Source: a virus
Virus record (IMG/VR): IMGVR_UViG_3300025875_000003
Coordinates: 1 to 64,000 of that record
Length of the DNA: 64,000 nt
Direction: 5' to 3' (one strand)
Shown: positions 29,441-37,976 of the stretch, one piece after another
Numbering within the stretch: the stretch's first letter is position 1
How the letters are laid out: every line of letters begins with the position of its first letter
The notes under the pieces: model-generated
Databases searched by the model: none
Seen by the model: only the letters and a program-made list of their open reading frames with translations
What the model was told of the DNA's origin: nothing
Translations under genes and position numbers: made by a program

Positions 29441-29481
29441 CCGCAGGTCATAGGCCAGTTTCAAGATTCTTGCTCTCTGGT

Positions 29482-29510
29482 GTTGACATCGTGCAGGAGT
29501 GCGCTATGGT
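29482..29510 (+). promoter_or_regulatory. variant promoter
   Basis: TTGACA-16-TATGGT with spacer ending TGCGC. Confidence 0.6.
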
Positions 29511-29546
29511 TGAGACATGAACACGACGCAGACACCGGAGGTCATC

Positions 29547-29660
29547 ATGGACAAGATCGCACAGGCACAGGCCATCCTCACCGCGCAGTTCATCTCCGAG
29601 TTCCAGCGGGCGCGGATCATCGAGGAGTTCCTGAAGGCAGGAATCATCACCAAGGACTGA
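29547..29660 (+). CDS. small protein ending KAGIITKD (alternative leaderless start 29517)
   Basis: SD GGAGG at 29547; in-frame ATG 7 nt after the -10 box. Confidence 0.55.
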   Translation: MDKIAQAQAILTAQFISEFQRARIIEEFLKAGIITKD

Positions 29661-29762
29661 TGACAGCATCCGTTACTGAGCAACACCTAGCAAGACAACC
29701 TGTGCCCCGGGACCGGACGTAAGAGCCTCCCGGGGCACAGTCAAGAGCAGAGGAGAAGAATC

Positions 29763-29969
29763 ATGGACACCACTGAAGCCGCCCTAGCGCTCGCAGAGCG
29801 AGTCGCACAGACGAAGGCGGATCTAGCCGCTCCACAGGCCGACGTGGAGTCTCTGGGATCTTTCCTTGGGGCTTTCCACGCCGTGAACGGGCTGAGGCAG
29901 GCGCAGACGGACGTGAACGACTGCCTGTGGCGGCTACATGCCCTCTCAGAGGCACAGAACCGGGCCTAG
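29763..29969 (+). CDS. hypothetical protein
   Basis: linker RBS. Confidence 0.7.
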   Translation: MDTTEAALALAERVAQTKADLAAPQADVESLGSFLGAFHAVNGLRQAQTDVNDCLWRLHALSEAQNRA

Positions 29970-30045
29970 CAGGCCCGTGGAGCGCTCGCGGCTACGTCCG
30001 GACCTCTGAGGCTGTTACAGGGCGCTACAGAGGCGAAAACTCGGT

Positions 30046-30075
30046 GTTGCGAATGTCGCTTGTTTGCGCTAGGCT
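30046..30075 (+). promoter_or_regulatory. repeat promoter copy 12
   Basis: TTGCGA-17-TAGGCT. Confidence 0.8.
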
Positions 30076-30103
30076 GAGGACTAGTCGAACAAAGGAGCCC
30101 AAC

Positions 30104-30298
30104 ATGATCAAGACGCTGACGAGCAAGGTGTCGCCAGGATGGCGAACGCTGGAGGTGGACCCAGCAGTCGAGGAGGGCTTGGTCTTCCTGCGGATCTCTG
30201 ACCTCATCGAGGGCGGAAACCGACGAATCATCGTGAGCCGCGCAGAACTGCTGGCCGCTTTGGCAATCGAAGACATCGAGGAGGAATCATGGACCTGA
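30104..30298 (+). CDS. hypothetical protein
   Basis: SD AAGGAG. Confidence 0.7.
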   Translation: MIKTLTSKVSPGWRTLEVDPAVEEGLVFLRISDLIEGGNRRIIVSRAELLAALAIEDIEEESWT

Positions 30299-30724
30299 CG
30301 CCCAACGTCTATACGCGGGCACAAGACCTGATTTCACAGGCAGACCCGGACCACCCGGCCGATACGCGAATCGCCCGATGCGCCTCCTGCGCGTACCCTA
30401 ATGGACACCACGAGGACGGCTGCACTGACATCGCCCGCCCCACCCCGGCCGGTGACGACCGGGAAGCACTCGCGGCGGCATGGAACGAAGGATTCTCGAC
30501 GGCCGTGGAAGCCGCGCCGGGTGACCTGTGGGTGTCCGCGTGGGACGACATCGTCAACCCCTACGGCGCTGCTGCCCGCCCGTCTGCGCCGACCGTCACC
30601 ACCGAGCGGCTACGGGCTGCCATTCGGGGACGTGCTCGGCTGGGATGACATTCCGGAGGACGTAGCCGAGATGGTCAGGTTCCTATTAACCGCCTTGGGG
30701 ATCGTGGTCACTGAGAGGGCTTGA
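30289..30724 (+). CDS. AWNEGF...NPY-motif protein, apparently frameshifted at the G4 run 30626-30629 (uncorrected stop at 30648)
   Basis: removing one G fuses two protein-like frames. Confidence 0.55.
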
Positions 30725-30733
30725 CAGCATATG

Positions 30734-30906
30734 CTATGATTGATCTAAATCAATCATAGAAACCGGGTCCCGGAAACCTATCGCCCGGTTCGTGAGAGGA
30801 AAGAGAAGGCCTGATACAAGACCTCTCACACAAAGGCTCAGATGCGGTTGGATTACACCTACTGAACGGGCGTTCTCCCGAACAGCAAGGTCCGCATCTG
30901 AGCCTT
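30734..30906 (+). ncRNA. candidate structured non-coding RNA
   Basis: four consecutive inverted repeats in a gene-free gap; upstream TGCTATGAT extended -10. Confidence 0.4.
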
Positions 30907-30920
30907 CGTCGTATCTACGT

Positions 30921-30950
30921 ATTGCACTTGTCTCTTGTTTGCACTAGGCT
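30921..30950 (+). promoter_or_regulatory. repeat promoter copy 13
   Basis: TTGCAC-17-TAGGCT. Confidence 0.8.
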
Positions 30951-30980
30951 GAGGACTAGTCGAGACAGAGGAGAAGAATC

Positions 30981-31151
30981 ATGGCTAGACTGACACATGC
31001 ACTGGACGAGATCTGGCTGCGCCTGATGGAAGACCTGGAGCGCTCGCAGCAGCACACTGAGACTGATCTGGATACCTTTCTGCTCCACGTGGAAGACCGA
31101 TTCGGTGAGGCCACGTGCAATCAATACCAGCGTTGGCTCAACGAGAACTGA
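30981..31151 (+). CDS. hypothetical protein (56 aa)
   Basis: linker RBS. Confidence 0.65.
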   Translation: MARLTHALDEIWLRLMEDLERSQQHTETDLDTFLLHVEDRFGEATCNQYQRWLNEN

Positions 31152-31162
31152 GGAGAAGAATC

Positions 31163-31405
31163 ATGACTGACTATGAGCCGCTGTGGGAGATCAAGGACGC
31201 AGATGGAGACAGCGCGTCCCTGGAGCACGACGAGCATATGCCCGGATTGGTGCTGCTGTCGTGCCTGCATCCCGAGTCAGCGAATTGGGTCATGGACGAG
31301 CAGACAGCAGGGGTCTACCTGCACCCACGCGCTGCGCGGGAACTGGCGCATGCTCTGCTGACATGGGCCGAGGACGAGGAGAAGAATCATGCAACTGGAC
31401 CATGA
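31163..31405 (+). CDS. hypothetical protein
   Basis: linker RBS. Confidence 0.7.
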   Translation: MTDYEPLWEIKDADGDSASLEHDEHMPGLVLLSCLHPESANWVMDEQTAGVYLHPRAARELAHALLTWAEDEEKNHATGP

Positions 31406-31592
31406 CGGGGACTGCTATACGGTAGTCGATGGCGGGTTCTGCACCTGCGGGTTCGATTCCGTAGACAAGCGTGATCTGCTGTCCGATGTTCTGGTAGAGA
31501 TTCTGGGCCAGGAGCGAGGCGTACGCGCATATGGCGTCCTGATGGACACTGGAGTGCTGCTGGACTGGCCTACGCCTACACTGAGAGCCTGA
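31389..31592 (+). CDS. hypothetical protein
   Basis: linker RBS. Confidence 0.65.
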   Translation: MQLDHDGDCYTVVDGGFCTCGFDSVDKRDLLSDVLVEILGQERGVRAYGVLMDTGVLLDWPTPTLRA

Positions 31593-31603
31593 GGAGAAGA
31601 ATC

Positions 31604-31828
31604 ATGACTCTAACAGCGAACCAGCGTGAGATCCTGCGCGTGCTGACAGAACTGCCTGTAGGGACCGCCGCATTGCCTTCCTACGTGTGGTGGAACGTGC
31701 ACGTTGAAATGGACCACACGCAGATCGTGAAGGAATTCGAGGCCATGCTTCCCACGGGTCTGGTCCGCCATGACGCCCCGTACTGGACCCTGACTAACGA
31801 GGGCCGACAGATTGGACAAGAATCATGA
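31604..31828 (+). CDS. small winged-helix-like protein
   Basis: LTANQREIL...GLV...WTLTNEG. Confidence 0.6.
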   Translation: MTLTANQREILRVLTELPVGTAALPSYVWWNVHVEMDHTQIVKEFEAMLPTGLVRHDAPYWTLTNEGRQIGQES

Positions 31829-32088
31829 TCCGCGTAACCATGACTGATGGCCGCTCCATAGAGGGCACCATTGCCAAGATCGAGGAAGTCACTGCGGCAG
31901 GCGTATGCGTAGGTGACCGCGTGCGTATCATCAAGGGAGCGTCCTGGCTAGGCCGCGCACACAGCGGGTATCCCCTTGGTTCGACAGGCACCATCTACGG
32001 GATCGACACCGGAGACGCTGACCCGTATCACGTGGAACTGGACGATAGCGGCTGGTTAGAGTGGGCGCAGGAGGTGGAGCCGGTATGA
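31825..32088 (+). CDS. hypothetical protein (SH3/KOW-like)
   Basis: VGDRVRII...GTIYGID...YHVELD. Confidence 0.65.
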   Translation: MIRVTMTDGRSIEGTIAKIEEVTAAGVCVGDRVRIIKGASWLGRAHSGYPLGSTGTIYGIDTGDADPYHVELDDSGWLEWAQEVEPV

Positions 32089-32393
32089 CCGATCCTGCAT
32101 CCCTGAGAGCCGCTAGGGCGGGCGAACCGGCCGAGGTGGTCTATCTACTCATGCTTAGAGAGATCTACGCTCTGAGGGCCGCTGGTGAGTCTGAGCAGGT
32201 ACTTGCAGAGATCAAGCGCTCTGCGGATACCCTAGTCCCCATGTTCGGGCAGTATCGACGCAAATTTGAGGCTCTGCCGTGGTGGAAGCGCTGGTACAGG
32301 GAACCGGTCATGCCCGACTACCTCGCCATTGCAGACACTTACCGAGAGACCCCTGACTTCGCCATCAATCTGCAGGAGAAGAATCATGACTGA
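32085..32393 (+). CDS. hypothetical protein
   Basis: ATGA overlap. Confidence 0.65.
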   Translation: MTDPASLRAARAGEPAEVVYLLMLREIYALRAAGESEQVLAEIKRSADTLVPMFGQYRRKFEALPWWKRWYREPVMPDYLAIADTYRETPDFAINLQEKNHD

Positions 32394-32550
32394 GGACGAG
32401 GCAATAGAAGCACTCGCGGCCATAGACACCTCTGACGGGGAAGTTGCGCACGCGCAGGTAGACGGCATCCTGCGAGGCCTGTTGTCAGACCGGGTGAACG
32501 ACGCTGTGGATGCTGTCATTGAGGCAGCGCCATTCTGGGCGTGCGCCTAG
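32386..32550 (+). CDS. hypothetical protein
   Basis: linker RBS. Confidence 0.7.
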   Translation: MTEDEAIEALAAIDTSDGEVAHAQVDGILRGLLSDRVNDAVDAVIEAAPFWACA

Positions 32551-32552
32551 GT

Positions 32553-32582
32553 GTTGCACATGTTGCTTGACTGCGCTACAGT
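32553..32582 (+). promoter_or_regulatory. repeat promoter copy 14
   Basis: TTGCAC-17-TACAGT. Confidence 0.8.
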
Positions 32583-32616
32583 GGTCTTAGATGAGCCGAC
32601 CACCTAGGAGGACACC

Positions 32617-32790
32617 ATGTGCGAGAACCCCGAGACGACAGCAAGCATCAAGCGAGGCCTGGAGCAGAGCGCTCGCGGCGAGACCGTGGACCTGGGTGAC
32701 TTCACGCAGTATGCCGACGAAGGCGCTGATATCGAAGGCCCCGACGACGAGGACGAGCCGGGGTTTCTCGGTGACGCCTACAACCTCTGA
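32617..32790 (+). CDS. small acidic protein
   Basis: GGAGGACACC-ATG. Confidence 0.65.
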   Translation: MCENPETTASIKRGLEQSARGETVDLGDFTQYADEGADIEGPDDEDEPGFLGDAYNL

Positions 32791-32801
32791 GGAGGACTGA
32801 C

Positions 32802-32996
32802 ATGGACAAGATTCCGTACCCCTACATGGTCGCTGTGGAGTACCCGCACTCGTACCGCCAGGATTGGTCAGTCACGTTCGACACCGAGGACGAGCAGCGC
32901 AAGTACGCGCAGGTCATCGTTGCCAAAAGCAGCCCCTGGGGCACTGAGGGCTACGCCAAGGTCACGCTGGCCACGATCACGGAGGAGTTGAACTGA
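32802..32996 (+). CDS. hypothetical protein
   Basis: SD; coupling. Confidence 0.7.
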   Translation: MDKIPYPYMVAVEYPHSYRQDWSVTFDTEDEQRKYAQVIVAKSSPWGTEGYAKVTLATITEELN

Positions 32997-33271
32997 TGAA
33001 GATTCTGAAGCGCATACTGCGTGAGCCTACAAAGGCGCTGCTGTGGCACACGGCCCGTCTGGACAACGTAGAGACGTACTGGTGGAACTGGCTCAATCAC
33101 CGAGTTCTGGGAGGCCCCGCGCCTGACCGCGCCACTGTCACCCTGGACGAGGTGTGGGAGGCCGAAGCCATTGCAGACGCCCGCGCCCGAGGTAACTTGG
33201 AAGAGGGGCCATCCTCCTGGACCGTGGAATTCTTGAAGGCACTAAGAATCGGGGTAAGTGACAATGGCTGA
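32996..33271 (+). CDS. hypothetical protein
   Basis: TGATG coupling. Confidence 0.65.
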   Translation: MKILKRILREPTKALLWHTARLDNVETYWWNWLNHRVLGGPAPDRATVTLDEVWEAEAIADARARGNLEEGPSSWTVEFLKALRIGVSDNG

Positions 33272-33557
33272 CACGATAGTCGAAGGCGCACGTGCTCTGT
33301 GGGAGCATGATCAAGGCTACGATGCTCCAACGTTTCCGACAGGGGACTACTACGTGGACGATCCTTACCTGTGCCGGGCCGATGACGTTCTGTCTGCGGT
33401 GTCTGTGGCGCCCAACAGGGTGCTGGCTACGGCTCTGACGGGCCTAGCGCGCCGACAGGGGCAGTTTTCCCATGGTCTAGTAGCCCTGGCCGAGATCATC
33501 CGTTCTGGAGCCGCTACGGACCAGCAGTACCGCACAGCGGCTGCCATCTTGCGATAG
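33264..33557 (+). CDS. hypothetical protein
   Basis: ORF track. Confidence 0.65.
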   Translation: MADTIVEGARALWEHDQGYDAPTFPTGDYYVDDPYLCRADDVLSAVSVAPNRVLATALTGLARRQGQFSHGLVALAEIIRSGAATDQQYRTAAAILR

Positions 33558-33574
33558 GAGAAGAATTATGGATC

Positions 33575-33901
33575 GTGAGCACCAAGGACAAGCGCTCTTT
33601 GATGATCCTGCTGATGGAAGACCTTCGCGGGGCATTCTTTCCTGTGAGCCCGCGTACAGAAGTAGTGCGTGACCTGGCAGGAAATCTGGATTATACGCAG
33701 GTGGCCCTTCGTGCACAGATGCACCTGGAAGACGACTACCAGGACGGCCTCTTCTTCCGTACAAGTTTCGAAAATGGGGGCTATGAAGACCCACCTTTTC
33801 ACGTCATTCGTGACCGCGACGAGGCAAGTCCGGCACTGGTTGCAGCCGTAGAAGCGCTGTGCGAATACCCGGAATATCGTCTGACCTTCGGAGAAGAATA
33901 A
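33575..33901 (+). CDS. hypothetical protein
   Basis: ORF track; start ambiguous. Confidence 0.65.
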   Translation: MSTKDKRSLMILLMEDLRGAFFPVSPRTEVVRDLAGNLDYTQVALRAQMHLEDDYQDGLFFRTSFENGGYEDPPFHVIRDRDEASPALVAAVEALCEYPEYRLTFGEE

Positions 33902-33953
33902 TGAATGATCTGACTACTCAACTTCGTGCGTGGACCGCTGGGAGTGATGACTG

Positions 33954-34385
33954 ATGGGCTGGTCAGTAGGCTTTGACAGCAAATGGGGCAGGGACATCGG
34001 TTACGGCGTTCCTGCTACGTGCGACCATCCCGTATGTGAGACAAAGATCGACCGTGGTCTTGCTTACGTGTGTGGGGGTCAGCCGTTTGGAGGCGAGGAA
34101 GGTTGTGGCCTTTATTTCTGTGGTGCTCATCAGTGGTTCAAGGACGTGGGGAACGGAGAACGTGTGTTCGTCTGCGAGCGGTGCCTGGAGGACAAGCCAC
34201 CGTTCGACCCGACCCCTGACGTAGCCGAGTGGATCAACCACAAGGCCACCGATCCTTCGTGGGCTCAGTGGCGGGCTGAGCGGTGTCAGCACAGATCTGT
34301 CACGTGGTTTGGCATACCCGCGCAGGGCAAGTGCGATGAGTGCGGCACTGTGGGCAAGGATGGGCTACGTCCCGCAGTCGTGTAG
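33954..34385 (+). CDS. Cys/His-rich Zn-binding protein
   Basis: multiple CxxC/CxH motifs. Confidence 0.7.
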   Translation: MGWSVGFDSKWGRDIGYGVPATCDHPVCETKIDRGLAYVCGGQPFGGEEGCGLYFCGAHQWFKDVGNGERVFVCERCLEDKPPFDPTPDVAEWINHKATDPSWAQWRAERCQHRSVTWFGIPAQGKCDECGTVGKDGLRPAVV

Positions 34386-34446
34386 TAGAAATCTTCCGGG
34401 CGGGTTGATCGCCCCCGGCGTCTGGTCCCACGAAACGGGCCACCCG

Positions 34447-34486
34447 ATGGCCCGCATGTCTTCCGGAATCCGGTGGAGCGGGCCAT
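34447..34486 (+). terminator. hairpin upstream of promoter copy 15
   Basis: ATGGCCCGC / GCGGGCCAT arms. Confidence 0.45.
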
Positions 34487-34500
34487 TGGCATATCTGGGT

Positions 34501-34530
34501 GTTGCATCCGTCGCATGGTTGCGCTACTGT
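34501..34530 (+). promoter_or_regulatory. repeat promoter copy 15
   Basis: TTGCAT-17-TACTGT. Confidence 0.8.
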
Positions 34531-34561
34531 GGAGTCAACGACGAACCACACGGAGGACACC

Positions 34562-34738
34562 ATGGACAAGTTTGCAACTCGCCTGGGCTGGACGATTATC
34601 GTAATTGGCGCATCCTTGGCCATGGTCTTTGTTCTCTTTTCCATCTTCCACGGAATTAACGTTCTGGCTGACTGCGGTCCTGGCTTCTTTTTCAGCGGCA
34701 GCGCCGAAATCCAGACGTGCACTATTGACCAAAACTGA
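34562..34738 (+). CDS. small membrane protein
   Basis: GGAGGACACC-ATG; TM. Confidence 0.65.
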   Translation: MDKFATRLGWTIIVIGASLAMVFVLFSIFHGINVLADCGPGFFFSGSAEIQTCTIDQN

Positions 34739-34751
34739 AGGAGGAGAAATC

Positions 34752-35045
34752 ATGACTGAGAAGATCGACCCCATCTCCCTGTGGGAGGACACCGTTGGCG
34801 ACAGCGGGAAGGCCCCCACAGACGATGAACTGACCGCTTACGCCACGGCGGTGCAGAGCGCCGTTCTGAAGGCCGTGGCGAGCGTCCTGGACAGCCACGT
34901 ACGCATTGCGCGCTCCGTGTCCCTAATGAACTTTGCGTTTATGCGCTTTGGAGACGGCATGGAGCGCTCTGCCGATGTGGTTCGTGAACTGGAGCACATC
35001 TGGACCGATGACGAGGGACAGCCCGCATTCCTGACGGCTGAGTGA
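34752..35045 (+). CDS. hypothetical protein
   Basis: SD GGAGGAG. Confidence 0.7.
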   Translation: MTEKIDPISLWEDTVGDSGKAPTDDELTAYATAVQSAVLKAVASVLDSHVRIARSVSLMNFAFMRFGDGMERSADVVRELEHIWTDDEGQPAFLTAE

Positions 35046-35056
35046 GGAGAAGAACC

Positions 35057-35278
35057 ATGCCATTTTCATACGAAGAGCCTCCGCGATACCATGTTGAGAT
35101 CGAGGGGCAACATGGACAACGCGAAACGGTACTGCGTACAGATAACCACATGAAGGCCATTGACATGGCAGATTTCTGGGATCTCCGGGTGAACACCTAC
35201 CTGGCCGAAGAGCCGCAAGACTGGCGCTCAGTGATGGATCGCAAGTGGCGCGCATTGGAGCGCTACGTCCGTGCTTGA
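35057..35278 (+). CDS. hypothetical protein
   Basis: linker RBS variant. Confidence 0.7.
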   Translation: MPFSYEEPPRYHVEIEGQHGQRETVLRTDNHMKAIDMADFWDLRVNTYLAEEPQDWRSVMDRKWRALERYVRA

Positions 35279-35362
35279 CATGATGATGCCTGTCGGAATC
35301 TTCGGGGGCCTTCTTGTCGCTGGCTCCATCTGGGCCATCTCAGAACTGTAGGAGGAGCGATT

Positions 35363-35698
35363 ATGGGTGTAGGCCAGGTCGGGCGTGTGGTGTGTGTTCC
35401 CTGTCGGCTGGTCTCAGTGACAGGCCGTCTCGATTCTGAGGGCTTCAGTCACTGTCTAATCTGCGATGGTCCGGTGATTCGTGTTGGTCCGCGCTGGCGT
35501 GCACCCAGGAAGCACAACAAGGGGGCGTGGAAGCGTGTAGAGGCGGGGGAACTACTCTGGGACCACAAGGCTGTTGAGAGGCCGCTACGGAGGCGTATCA
35601 CTGCTGAGCAGTGGCAGCGGGACAGAGAGCGCCGACAGAAGATGAAGGCCAAGCAAAAGGAACTTCAAGCACGGCGACGAGAAACGGAGAAGTCATGA
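35363..35698 (+). CDS. basic Zn-finger-like protein
   Basis: two CxxC. Confidence 0.65.
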   Translation: MGVGQVGRVVCVPCRLVSVTGRLDSEGFSHCLICDGPVIRVGPRWRAPRKHNKGAWKRVEAGELLWDHKAVERPLRRRITAEQWQRDRERRQKMKAKQKELQARRRETEKS

Positions 35699-36060
35699 GC
35701 GCTGACAACGGATATATCATCCGGCAGAACAAGGACGGTAAGTTCGTCCTCCAGATGTACTTCATGAGCGACGACGAGTACCCTCCCATCGAAAATGCGC
35801 ACCCCTCGCGTGTGTTCGACTTACTCGAAGAGGCTGAGGACGAATACGACCGCATGGAGGACGAGGTTGGCTACTTGTGTGAGTATGGCCTGACCATCGC
35901 AGTGCCGTTGGAGGACTCCCTGGCACTGTCCGAGAACAAGATTTCGATCACCAGAGACACCGCTGAGGCGTGCTTGCGGCTGGTCGAGCAGTATCCACTG
36001 CTGCGTGGTCTGAGCGTTCACACTGAACTGCGCAAGGCTCTAGGGCTGGAGGAAGCATGA
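35695..36060 (+). CDS. hypothetical protein
   Basis: ATGA overlap. Confidence 0.7.
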   Translation: MSADNGYIIRQNKDGKFVLQMYFMSDDEYPPIENAHPSRVFDLLEEAEDEYDRMEDEVGYLCEYGLTIAVPLEDSLALSENKISITRDTAEACLRLVEQYPLLRGLSVHTELRKALGLEEA

Positions 36061-36080
36061 GCGAGAGCAGCATGCCCCCA

Positions 36081-36109
36081 TGGCTGGCAGCAGTCATTGC
36101 TGCCAGCCA
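36081..36109. repeat. perfect 12-bp inverted repeat just upstream of an SD
   Basis: TGGCTGGCAGCA-GTCAT-TGCTGCCAGCCA. Confidence 0.8.
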
Positions 36110-36120
36110 GGAGGTGAGTC

Positions 36121-36459
36121 ATGAGCAATCGAAGGATTGATCGGAACACCACAGTTCACACCGAACTGCCCGATCTCTGTATCTGGCTGCCTGCCTCAAA
36201 TGCACCCTCAGGTTTGGTGTTCGAGCCCACGTCAGTCTCCGAATACCTGAGCCAAGGGTGGCCTAGGTGGGGATACCGCGTAGTGTTCACAGGCAGTCTA
36301 GAGGATTCCTACACGGACACTGTGGGCTCTGCTATCTACGGGGACCGTGGCTGGCCACTAGACCGGATTCCCGAGGCTCTGAGGCCCTTCCTGGCAGGCG
36401 AGGATCGTCTTGCAGGACCATACGAGGATATCGGTACACTGGGTACACCAGCCCGATAG
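36121..36459 (+). CDS. hypothetical protein
   Basis: SD GGAGG. Confidence 0.65.
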   Translation: MSNRRIDRNTTVHTELPDLCIWLPASNAPSGLVFEPTSVSEYLSQGWPRWGYRVVFTGSLEDSYTDTVGSAIYGDRGWPLDRIPEALRPFLAGEDRLAGPYEDIGTLGTPAR

Positions 36460-36644
36460 ACCCTATGTCAACACCATACTGAGTCCCGTAGGGACGAAGA
36501 GGAGGAGCACGGGATGAGCAAGGAATCAGATAGGCTGGAGCGTATGCTGGCCGAGATTCAGAACATTCGTGAGAAGATCACCTACTACGACGGCGAAATC
36601 GGAAAGTACAAGATTCTTCGTTGGCTAGATGACGTGGAGGGAGC

Positions 36645-36860
36645 GTGATCGTGGCTACTCCTGGCCAGCGGCGTGCCTTGTCGCTCATGGCTGAACGTGA
36701 AGATGGAACTGTGCCAACCATGACCATGGTTGAGCACTACGGCTATGAGTGGTCTATTTTGAATTCTCTCATTCAGGCAGGCTGGGTAAAGTATGACGGC
36801 TGGCACGGACAATGGAAGATCACAGACGAAGGACGACGAGAGATGAGTAAGGAAGCGTGA
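36645..36860 (+). CDS. small winged-helix-like protein
   Basis: TPGQRRAL...LIQAGWV...WKITDEG. Confidence 0.6.
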   Translation: MIVATPGQRRALSLMAEREDGTVPTMTMVEHYGYEWSILNSLIQAGWVKYDGWHGQWKITDEGRREMSKEA

Positions 36861-37060
36861 ACGTTGGAAACGTAGAAGAGGAACTCTGGGATGCCCTCTA
36901 CGTGGCAGAGATGGCCCATAGAAGAGCCTTGGAGACGCTGGCGGTAGTCCGCAGCGATCCACGGCTTCACACGCCCGCGTACACGCGCAGGACAGAGCGC
37001 AAGGCGAGCAGCACCAGAGCCAAGAGGAACGTGGCTAGGTATGAAGTGTTGCATCCGTAG
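36857..37060 (+). CDS. hypothetical protein
   Basis: GTGA overlap. Confidence 0.65.
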   Translation: MNVGNVEEELWDALYVAEMAHRRALETLAVVRSDPRLHTPAYTRRTERKASSTRAKRNVARYEVLHP

Positions 37061-37077
37061 CCTGACTGCACTACTGT
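37048..37077 (+). promoter_or_regulatory. repeat promoter copy 16
   Basis: TTGCAT-17-TACTGT. Confidence 0.8.
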
Positions 37078-37107
37078 CCTGGTAAGAACCTACTAAGGAG
37101 GTCCATC

Positions 37108-37341
37108 ACGGCTAGTACTTGGTGGGAGATCAAGAATGAGATCCGTCCCACACGCAGGGACATGCCCTGCGACTGTATACTCAACGAGGGCTATCCCTAC
37201 GGGGATGCTCATCTTCGAAGAGAGCATGACGAAGAGCCTTGTAGCGGTTCGTGGGGCTGGGAACCTCCCTGCGGAGGTTGTATCAACTGCCTTGCTGCAC
37301 AGGCTTACTATTATCTCGGACTGGAGAACAAGAATGTCTGA
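37108..37341 (+). CDS. Cys-rich 77-aa protein with ACG at the start position
   Basis: strong SD AAGGAGG followed by ACG and a 78-codon open frame. Confidence 0.5.
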   Translation, partial: TASTWWEIKNEIRPTRRDMPCDCILNEGYPYGDAHLRREHDEEPCSGSWGWEPPCGGCINCLAAQAYYYLGLENKNV

Positions 37342-37573
37342 AGTTCCAACTGTCATTGCCAATCGAGCACATCTACCTGGACTCAACCTGCCTGGTGAGT
37401 ATGATGTGGAGTTTGACACCGAGACCGAAGAGGTTACAGTGTTGAGCGGTCCCCAGAGGGGTAAGATCTTCAAGCCCCATGCTGAGGTAATTGACGCCAT
37501 GAGACGCGCAGCCCGCAGCGGTCAGACCATCAACGAATCCGTAGAATCGTACACCGAGATCGAGGAGAAGTAA
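37334..37573 (+). CDS. hypothetical protein
   Basis: SD GGAG; the track's 37136 start is probably an overcall. Confidence 0.65.
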   Translation: MSEVPTVIANRAHLPGLNLPGEYDVEFDTETEEVTVLSGPQRGKIFKPHAEVIDAMRRAARSGQTINESVESYTEIEEK

Positions 37574-37574
37574 C

Positions 37575-37838
37575 ATGAAGAGGAAGATCATGGGCACTAT
37601 GGCTGTACTAGTGCTTGCGGTGCCTGTGGGAGTAGCCGCAGATGTGTCTATTAGTGATCAAGTGGCCCCCGCTCAGGCAAGTACGTACTACTGGTATCCA
37701 GCACCGAACAATGATCCCTGGGTATGCTACTGGCGTGGACAGCGATCCCGCTGGGTGCAGGTTTTCAGTTACGTCGGTCACATTTGGCAGGCACAGTGTC
37801 GCAAGGTTATTACCTATACCCCGCCGCGTTTGGTTTGA
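37575..37838 (+). CDS. small secreted protein with two Cys
   Basis: MKRK-hydrophobic...PAQA signal; Trp/Tyr-rich. Confidence 0.65.
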   Translation: MKRKIMGTMAVLVLAVPVGVAADVSISDQVAPAQASTYYWYPAPNNDPWVCYWRGQRSRWVQVFSYVGHIWQAQCRKVITYTPPRLV

Positions 37839-37976
37839 GGAGAAGAACATGTGGAGATATACGTGGTGGACCCGCAATAAGAACTCTTGCGTATTCCATC
37901 CTGGAGGAATGTGGACCAAGATCTACTACAGTTCTCCGGTGTCGGGCATCCTCTACCTGTGCGGGGTGAAGCACTG

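Noticed and set aside
8988-29473. CAAGATTCTTG near-palindrome recurring in intergenic regions
   Set aside because: Similar k-mers also occur inside coding regions; enrichment cannot be shown without counting
9033-36479. ATGTCA-N3-CCATAC shared by two intergenic regions (9033, 36465) as a late-promoter motif
   Set aside because: Only two copies; a 12-base match of this kind is plausible by chance
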